NCBI GenBank assembly: GCA_934462715.1
Contig: CAKSIJ010000001.1
Location: 98,130-162,129 of the forward strand
From: an uncultured Clostridia bacterium
Lineage (GTDB): Bacteria; Bacillota; Clostridia; UBA1381
DNA length: 64,000 nt
Reading direction: 5' to 3'
The notes beneath the pieces are model-generated. The model did not search any database, had not been told where the DNA came from, and worked only from the letters and a program-made list of their open reading frames with translations. The position numbers were made by a program, and so were the translations under genes. How positions within the stretch are numbered: the stretch's first letter is position 1; the number at the start of each line of letters is the position of its first letter. Shown piece after piece: positions 57,235 to 64,000 of this stretch.

Positions 57235-57951
57235 TTATCGCAGTAATATTGTACTACCGATTTTAACTGCATTACCAAATCCCCATATACGGTAATTTGC
57301 GTCAAATGCACCTCTTGTGACCCATTCTTCCTTTACTCCCTCATTAACCATTATGAAATCCGGTTTGATTTTTTCAATCCGTTTGCGTGCTTCAAGCCAA
57401 AAATCAAGCGGAATATCATCGCCGACATCACATCTGTACCCGTATATATCAAACTTTTTAACCCAATATTCCATGTTGCTCCAAAGATACTCGCACATCT
57501 CAGGGCAATCAAAATTGAGCTTTGGAAAATGCCATTTTCCGTTATCGGGACTGCCGTCCGGAAGCCGTTTGATAAAGTTCTTGTTTTCGCCGATAAGCAC
57601 CGCATTCGGTCCGCAGTGATAATATACAAGATCAAGCATTACCTTAAGGCCCAATCTGTGAGCGGTATCGACAAAGCTTTTTAAGTCCTTATCTGTTCCG
57701 TACTCCTCATCAATTTTAAAATAGTCTTTCATTCTGTACGGATTTTTCGGATTGCCCGTACCGCTCTGTCTTTGACGGTCGCTCCAAAATTCCTCTTTAG
57801 GATCATCATCCATTTCAAATATTGGACACAGATATGCTATATCCATTCCCAAAGACTTGATATGTGCAAGAAGCTTTTCTGCCGCTTTTAAAGTCCCGTC
57901 CTTAGTTGCACTGCGCAGAAATATCTGATAAATTATACTGTTGCCTTTCAT
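57235..57951 (-). pseudogene. C-terminally truncated GH13 (alpha-amylase family) catalytic-domain remnant.
   Basis: Regions I and II are present (DLVYYH, GYRCDVGDDIP). It ends at 238 aa with no region IV, and all downstream frames are closed. Confidence 0.55.
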
Positions 57952-58092
57952 AAATTTTCACCTCATCAATATTCTTATTAATAATATCATATTATTCGCA
58001 AGCAGTAAACACAAATAAGTATACAAAAGGTTTGATTTTTTATACTTTACATTTCAGGAATTTTATGTTACTATATAATCGAGGTGTATAAA

Positions 58093-58854
58093 ATGTTTAT
58101 CGATGAAAATCCGGTTTTTGAAATTTTGGAGGTCTTGAAAGAGAAACGGGAAAAGCGCTGTTTTAAGACGAAAAAAAGAAATGTTAACGTTATCAGCTGC
58201 CGTATCGAGGGAAGTGCTGTGTTTAACTGCAACAAAACCGATATCAAGGTCAATTCCGGGGATGTTTTGTACATTCCGCAAAAAATTGAATACTCGCAAG
58301 AAACAATCGGAGAAACGATTATTGCGGTGCATTTAAAAATATATTCCGGAACAACGGCGCAAATAGAACATATAAATGTCAAAAACAAAGAACATACAAT
58401 ATCTTGCTTTGAAGATATTTACAGCGAATGGTCTAAAAAACTGCCCGGATACAGACAGCATTGCACAGCATTACTGTACGGATTGCTTGGGGATATAAAA
58501 GCCGAGCAGACTTTCAGTAAAAATAACACATATTCAAAAATCGTCAATTCTGTCATCTATATGAAATCGCACTTCAACAAACAGGATATTTGCATTTCCG
58601 ATATTGCCGCACAGTCAAATATAAGCGAAATTTATTTCAGAAAGCTGTGGCAGAGTTATTTCAAATTACCGCCTGCGCAGTATATCTCAAAATTGAGAAT
58701 CAATTATGCAAAAGCACTGCTTATCGGAAGCGAGTATACAATTTCCGAGATAGCGGAAAATTCCGGTTTTTCTGATGTCAAATATTTCAGCACAAAATTC
58801 AGACTTTTGACCGGAACAACTCCGTCAGAATATAGAAAGAAATCAAATTTATAG
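58093..58854 (+). CDS. AraC-family transcriptional regulator (cupin plus HTH).
   Basis: ATG at 58093 with RBS GAGGTG. The track ORF begins 9 nt further upstream at a GTG. C-terminal HTH ISDIAAQSNISEIYFRKLW...TPSEYRKK. Confidence 0.85.
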   Translation: MFIDENPVFEILEVLKEKREKRCFKTKKRNVNVISCRIEGSAVFNCNKTDIKVNSGDVLYIPQKIEYSQETIGETIIAVHLKIYSGTTAQIEHINVKNKEHTISCFEDIYSEWSKKLPGYRQHCTALLYGLLGDIKAEQTFSKNNTYSKIVNSVIYMKSHFNKQDICISDIAAQSNISEIYFRKLWQSYFKLPPAQYISKLRINYAKALLIGSEYTISEIAENSGFSDVKYFSTKFRLLTGTTPSEYRKKSNL

Positions 58855-58860
58855 TTTAAC

Positions 58861-58905
58861 AGTAAAAAGCACACAAACAAGCTTTTCGTCTGTGTGCTTT
58901 TATAA
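58861..58905 (+). terminator. Rho-independent terminator after the AraC gene.
   Basis: AGCACACA...TGTGTGCT stem followed by TTTTAT. Confidence 0.55.
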
Positions 58906-58935
58906 ATTCAAAAACTACCGCCGTTCAGAATTAAA

Positions 58936-59637
58936 TCAAACATTTCTGAACTCACATTCCGCACGTTTGCACATACAGCACTTATTTACGGGACAATACT
59001 GAGCTTCACTCAACCCCATAAATGCAGTAACCGATTTTGTCGGCAGCATCATATAATTATCGGTCAGAGTTATACCGCAGTGCTTCGGCAAGACGAGAAG
59101 CTGTGATATTTCGCTCTGTACTTCTATTGAAAGGTCACCGTAACCCGGGCTGAACCTTGGTTTTGCGTATAGTCCCTCGTTATGCGCTATTTCCTCACAA
59201 AGAGAATCGCACCACGCTTCGATATATAATGCTCCTATTCTCTGGCAAATCCATGCCCTCGCCGGGCTTATGGCAGAATACTTTGCGATTATCCTGTCAA
59301 TTGCCAAACCTACAGTCGCTCCGAAAAGAACTGCCCGTCCGCAGCCGTCAAGCACTTTTGCAAGTCCTCTTGATTTTACCCGAAGCAATCCGCCAAACTC
59401 AGTTTCTTCTTTTATGACTGTAATATCAGATATGATGTAACACGCTTTCGGTGCACAGGCTTTAAGACATTCAACACCGCACCGGTCAATCAATCGGCAT
59501 AATTCGGTATCGTCTGCGGCTATTCTTTTTTTGAATAATTCAAGGTCAGGCGCAATTTCGCCAGGTTGCGCTGTCATTATACGCAAAACCGGTGATTGTT
59601 TCATTTTAATCTCCATTCTGCCGCCGTACAGCGACAC
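58936..59637 (-). CDS. Stand-alone methionine-synthase (MetH) activation-domain-like protein with a C-terminal Cys cluster. Start codon uncertain.
   Basis: KPRFSPGYGD resembles the MetH AdoMet-domain RPAPGYPA motif. C-terminal CPVNKCCMCKRAECEF. Confidence 0.45.
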   Translation of the reverse strand: MSLYGGRMEIKMKQSPVLRIMTAQPGEIAPDLELFKKRIAADDTELCRLIDRCGVECLKACAPKACYIISDITVIKEETEFGGLLRVKSRGLAKVLDGCGRAVLFGATVGLAIDRIIAKYSAISPARAWICQRIGALYIEAWCDSLCEEIAHNEGLYAKPRFSPGYGDLSIEVQSEISQLLVLPKHCGITLTDNYMMLPTKSVTAFMGLSEAQYCPVNKCCMCKRAECEFRNV

Positions 59638-59767
59638 AAATTCAAATATAGAAAATATGCAAGCAAATTGCTTTTTGAGAGGTGATGGCGTATGCTTATG
59701 CTCCTGACCTCGAAAAAAGGTAAGATGCGCAGCACATTTTTTACGTTACGCACCTTTCTTTAGTAAA

Positions 59768-61123
59768 TCAGTCCTCTGAAGCGGCATAATCGATATTGAC
59801 AAACTTTGTATATCTTCCCTGCCAGCCAAGCTTAAACGTTCCTGTCGAACCGCTTCTTTGCTTTGCAATAATAACCTCAGCTATATTCTTTTCGGGACTC
59901 TCCTTATTGTAGTAATCGTCACGGTATAAAAACATAACCATATCGGCGTCCTGCTCTATCGCTCCCGATTCTCTCAAATCGGACAACATAGGTCTTTTAT
60001 CGCTTCTTGTTTCGCTTGTTCTTGAAAGCTGCGACAGTGCAATTACCGGAATATCAAGCTCCTTTGCAAGCACCTTTAAGGATCTCGATATATCGGATAT
60101 TTCCTGCTGTCGGTTATCGTTTTTTCTTCCGCCGCTGCCCTGCATAAGCTGTAAATAGTCAATTACGACAAGTCCGAGATTCTTTGTCTGCTTCAGTCGG
60201 CGGCACTTTGCTCTTATTTCAGAAACCGTGACCGAAGATGTATCGTCTATATAAATCGGCGCAGCGGAAAGCTTGTCGATAACGGCGCATATCTGCTGCC
60301 AGTCCTCAGGCTGAAATTCTCCCTTTCTTACATTCTGGGAATCAACAAGTGCCTGCGAGCAGATTATACGGTTAACTATCATACTTTTTGACATTTCAAG
60401 GTTGAAAATCGCAACCGGAATGTTATCATTGATTGCTGCGTGTTCCGCAATATTAACGGCAAAACTCGACTTACCCATACCCGGTCTGCCGGCTATTATT
60501 ATAAGCTCACCGCCATGCAATCCTCCGGTTGCGTTGTTTATGTAATTGAATCCCGTAGAAATTCCCGTTACACTGCCTTTGTTCAGCGAGTTCTGTACCA
60601 TATCGTCATATGCGGTCATCATGATTTCGCTGATATGAACTATATCGGACTGTTCCTTTCCCGATGTGACGTCAAGTATCATCTGCTCGGAACGGTCTAT
60701 TATTCTGTCGGTTGTATCTCCCTCGTCATATGCCATGGACAGTATGCTTTGCGTGGAGTAAATCAATCTGCGCAGAGCAGACTTGTCCTTTACTATTTTT
60801 GAATAATACTCAACATTATTCGTTGTAGGCACAGCAAGTACAAGTGAACTCAAATACGGTACTCCGCCGATTGCGTCAAGCTTGTCATGCTGATTAAGCC
60901 TGTCCGAAACAGTAACGATATCGACAGGCTTATTTTCGTTGAACAGCTCCATCATTACCGCATAAATTTCCTTGTTCTGTCCAAAGAAAAAATCATCGGC
61001 TTTGAGAATTTCGCACGCAACACCGACAGCATTGGAGCTTGAGAGCATACTGCCTAAAACCGATTGCTCGGCTTCCTTGCTGTGAGGCAGAGGACGCTCT
61101 GAAATATTTATGTTCTCCGGCAT
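59768..61123 (-). CDS. dnaB: Replicative DNA helicase DnaB.
   Basis: N-terminal LPHSKEAEQSVLGSML. Walker A GRPGMGKS. 451 aa. Confidence 0.95.
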   Translation of the reverse strand: MPENINISERPLPHSKEAEQSVLGSMLSSSNAVGVACEILKADDFFFGQNKEIYAVMMELFNENKPVDIVTVSDRLNQHDKLDAIGGVPYLSSLVLAVPTTNNVEYYSKIVKDKSALRRLIYSTQSILSMAYDEGDTTDRIIDRSEQMILDVTSGKEQSDIVHISEIMMTAYDDMVQNSLNKGSVTGISTGFNYINNATGGLHGGELIIIAGRPGMGKSSFAVNIAEHAAINDNIPVAIFNLEMSKSMIVNRIICSQALVDSQNVRKGEFQPEDWQQICAVIDKLSAAPIYIDDTSSVTVSEIRAKCRRLKQTKNLGLVVIDYLQLMQGSGGRKNDNRQQEISDISRSLKVLAKELDIPVIALSQLSRTSETRSDKRPMLSDLRESGAIEQDADMVMFLYRDDYYNKESPEKNIAEVIIAKQRSGSTGTFKLGWQGRYTKFVNIDYAASED

Positions 61124-61230
61124 ATTTCCTGAATACTCCTTTTAATAATAATATAAACAAATTCTCCATTCAAATTTCCGCAATGTATTTGGAAATACAA
61201 AAGTTCAAATCAAACAAACGCCGTAATAGC

Positions 61231-61887
61231 GTGTCCCACATATCCGTGTAGGACGCGCGGTATAAGCGAGTTCTTGCAATTGAACTTTTTTATTTGCGCC
61301 TTTTGGCAAATAAAAAGAGTTCATTTGCAAGGTGTCCGAAGCTATCCACACCAGGGGTGGTAAATCCGTTTAGGTGGCAATTCAAGTGAAGCGCTGCCTG
61401 TGGCAGATTAAGCGAGCTTGAATTGGTTCGGTTTCACAGAGCAATGCGACCTTTGGGAGCAGTGCGACAATGAAACCAGCGGGAACAACGTTGTAATTAC
61501 CGTAGACTAAATAGGGCTCGGCGGCTTTTGGAGCTTTTCGCCGCCCGAAAAGCGGAGGGCGTACAAAAAGTAAAAGTTACCGAAAACTATAACGCCACAA
61601 ACGTGAGGTTGTGGTTATAGTCTATATAAAGATAGTTACTTTCATATTTAATGCGGAAATTACTGCTTTTGCGTATTTGGAGCTATAGCTAACGGTTATT
61701 GTTACTTTTTCTACTCCTTCCGCTTTTCGGCGGCGAAAAGCTCCAAAAGCCGCCGATAGGCGGGAGAACCCGCCTAAACGGATTTACCACCCCGGTGTGG
61801 ATAGCTTCGGACATCTTGCCAAGTTCGCTCCGCTTTGCTGCGCAAACTTGCAAGAACTCGCTTATACTCTTACCGCTACACAACTGT
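61231..61887. repeat. Imperfect inverted repeat (foldback) element of ~660 bp in the dnaB-rplI spacer, with perfectly complementary blocks and nested local hairpins. Candidate large structured ncRNA or a MITE-like element.
   Basis: Block pairs: 61231-61279 with 61848-61887, 61334-61374 with 61773-61812, and 61519-61555 with 61710-61755. The left arm carries a ~140-nt insertion that has its own stems. The mirror ORFs here are artefacts. Confidence 0.6.
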
Positions 61888-62007
61888 GTGGGACACCCTT
61901 TTGCAACGTTTATTAATTTTATTTGTTTGCTTTTTCCCGATGCAGACGGCAACCACAAAAAATAGTTAATGTTTATGAACAGCACAATTTTTAAAATATG
62001 CAATATT

Positions 62008-62454
62008 TTAAAGCTCTGTGACCTCTACTTTTAGTTTTGCCGTTACTCCTGCGTGTACCTTGATATCAACAACGGTAGTACCCAAAGTTTTAATACCATC
62101 GGGCATTACGAATTTTTTCTTATCAATCTTAATATGGTGCTGCATGGTAAGCGCTTCTGAAACGTCCTTTGATGTAACAGAGCCGAACAGCTTACCGTTA
62201 TCCCCTGCCTTAGCCTTAATCGACACCTTTATTTCATCGATTTTCGCAGCGGTCTGTTTAGCTTCGTCAAGCTCCTTTTGCTGACGGTATTCCAAGCTTT
62301 CCTGCTGACCCTTCATAACGTTTATATTATCTTTGGTAGCCGGCTTTGCCAGATTTCTCGGCAGAAGAAAATTTCTTGCGTAGCCGTCCGAAACGTCTAC
62401 CATCTGACCCTTTTTACCCTGTCCCTTTACATCTTGATTCAAAATAACCTTCAT
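62008..62454 (-). CDS. rplI: 50S ribosomal protein L9.
   Basis: MKVILNQDVKGQGKKGQMVDVSDGYARNFLLPRNLA. Confidence 0.95.
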   Translation of the reverse strand: MKVILNQDVKGQGKKGQMVDVSDGYARNFLLPRNLAKPATKDNINVMKGQQESLEYRQQKELDEAKQTAAKIDEIKVSIKAKAGDNGKLFGSVTSKDVSEALTMQHHIKIDKKKFVMPDGIKTLGTTVVDIKVHAGVTAKLKVEVTEL

Positions 62455-62483
62455 ATTTAATCAAACCTTTCTGCTGTTATTAA

Positions 62484-64000
62484 TTAATTATTATCTTCAA
62501 TATATTCCTTGATAGCGTCTTTAAGGCGGTTTCTTGCCTCGTCAACGCTTATTCCCTTAATCTGACAGCCGGCAACCGTCATATGACCTCCGCCGCCGAG
62601 CTTTTCCATAATCAGCTGAACGTTAACATCGGGATATGACCTTGCGCTGAATGCCGAGCCGTTATCTGTCGGATAAATGACAAAGGCCGCCTTGATTCCA
62701 GAGATATTCAGCATTTCATCTGCCGCCTGCGAGGATATAACCCTCATATTCGTATAGCTTTCGGTGCAGACGGACACCGCCATATCGCTGTTCCATATTT
62801 CTGCGTGGCGGATAATCTCTGTACGGCGGACGTAATCATCAAATCTGAGATTAAACAGTCTTTTTACCTCCATAGTATTTACACCGTAACGTTTCAGATA
62901 TGAAGCCGCTTCAAAGGTCCTTATGCCGGTTTTGGTAACAAAATTCTTTGAATCCATAAATATGCCGACATAAAGTGCCTTTGCTTCAAAATTGGAGAGC
63001 TGTTTTTTATCATCGATGTACTGCAAAATTTCCGTTACCATTTCACACGTTGATGACGCATACGGCTCTAAATATGAAAGCGACAGATTATCGATAAATT
63101 CGGTAGACCGCCTGTGGTGGTCTATCAGAACAATTTTGCTTGCCTTTTTCAGCAAATCCGGAGCCGGCAGCATTGACGGTCTGTGCGTGTCGAGTATAAC
63201 CAGAAGCGTTTCCTTTTCGACAAGTTCAATTGCCCCGTTAGCATTGATTATCGTATCCTGATATTCCGGATGCTTCATCATTTCATCGTAAATCGGTTTT
63301 ACGGCAGGTGAGTTATCAAGTACTATATACGGCTTTTTATTCATCAGTCTGACCGCTCTCGAAAGTCCGATTGCCGCACCGAAGCAGTCATAATCCGCAG
63401 AGGAATGTCCCATAAATATAACCTTATCGGATGCCTTGATCATTTCTCTGAGAGCCGTTGCAAACATTCTTGTCTTAACCCTTGTACTCTTCTCGTAATC
63501 CTTTGCCGCACCTCCGTACAGCTTGTACTGACCGTCCGAATACTTAACCGCAACCTGGTCGCCGCCTCTGCCCCATACCATTTCAACGGCATTTCTTGCA
63601 TTTGCTTCATTTTCGGCAGGGTGACCTCCCACGCCGATACCTATACTTATGGTAACCGGCTCCTTTATCTCATCGCCGATTGCTCGAACCTTTTCCAGAA
63701 TATCAAATTTCTTTTTTATATATCCGTCAAGATACTGATGCTCAAAGAATATCAGATAGCGGTCTGAACCGATTTTTTTCATAACACCGACGCTTTCGGA
63801 TACCCATTTTGACACCGCACTGTTGATTTTCGCCATCGTTTCCTGGCTCTTGTTGTCGTCCATAACCTGGAACACGTCATCATAGTTATCAATTGCTATC
63901 AGTGCCACGTCAACCTTTTCCGATTCGCTTATTCTTTTCAGCTCGACGCTTTCGGTTATATCGTCAAAATATATTATAACGGAATACATATCCTTTCCGC
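62484..64000 (-). CDS. gdpP: Cyclic-di-AMP phosphodiesterase GdpP (degenerate GGDEF plus DHH/DHHA1). Partial: the N-terminus runs beyond the window end.
   Basis: DHH motif VLIDHHRRS. DHHA1 GGGGH. The frame is open to 64000. Conserved gdpP-rplI-dnaB synteny. Confidence 0.85.
   Translation of the reverse strand, partial: GKDMYSVIIYFDDITESVELKRISESEKVDVALIAIDNYDDVFQVMDDNKSQETMAKINSAVSKWVSESVGVMKKIGSDRYLIFFEHQYLDGYIKKKFDILEKVRAIGDEIKEPVTISIGIGVGGHPAENEANARNAVEMVWGRGGDQVAVKYSDGQYKLYGGAAKDYEKSTRVKTRMFATALREMIKASDKVIFMGHSSADYDCFGAAIGLSRAVRLMNKKPYIVLDNSPAVKPIYDEMMKHPEYQDTIINANGAIELVEKETLLVILDTHRPSMLPAPDLLKKASKIVLIDHHRRSTEFIDNLSLSYLEPYASSTCEMVTEILQYIDDKKQLSNFEAKALYVGIFMDSKNFVTKTGIRTFEAASYLKRYGVNTMEVKRLFNLRFDDYVRRTEIIRHAEIWNSDMAVSVCTESYTNMRVISSQAADEMLNISGIKAAFVIYPTDNGSAFSARSYPDVNVQLIMEKLGGGGHMTVAGCQIKGISVDEARNRLKDAIKEYIEDNN

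Noticed and set aside
61689-62003. Mirror ORFs on both strands (104 aa on minus, 88 aa on plus) in the dnaB-rplI spacer
   Set aside because: Both lie inside the long inverted repeat, where palindromes generate symmetric open frames. No RBS, and the peptides are compositionally odd (PPIGG mirrored).

Overview
This 64 kb window comes from a low-GC Firmicutes chromosome, most likely a gut or rumen Clostridia. Most genes lie on the minus strand. 1 to 15.7 kb carries five tandem genes for giant secreted or surface proteins with S-layer-homology (SLH) anchors, CBM4_9-like carbohydrate-binding modules, parallel beta-helix domains and Ig/FN3 modules. They sit beside an LplABC-type sugar ABC importer, a YesM/YesN-like two-component system and an intracellular GH36 enzyme, which together look like a Gram-positive polysaccharide utilisation locus. 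24.7 to 41.5 kb is a conserved housekeeping block (mutS2, gpsA, plsY, der, a radical-SAM gene, pdxK, mgsA, PBP2, mreDCB, maf, a U32 peptidase, zapA). 41.8 to 50.1 kb holds an hfsABCD-like sensory [FeFe]-hydrogenase module: a thioredoxin-like 2Fe-2S ferredoxin, a HydS with PAS domain and Cx2Cx4Cx16C motif, a PP2C phosphatase and a catalytic HydA. It lies directly downstream of adhE and a small atypical kinase-like gene, and adhE has a perfect clostridial Rex operator in its leader. The rest contains a LysR regulator, a TrmH-family methyltransferase, hydE, mnmA, a decayed sugar-gene patch (an AraC gene with an in-frame TAG and a truncated GH13), dnaB, rplI and the start of gdpP. An unexplained ~660 bp imperfect inverted-repeat element fills the normally short dnaB-rplI spacer. 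No rRNA, tRNA, CRISPR array or clear transposase was seen.
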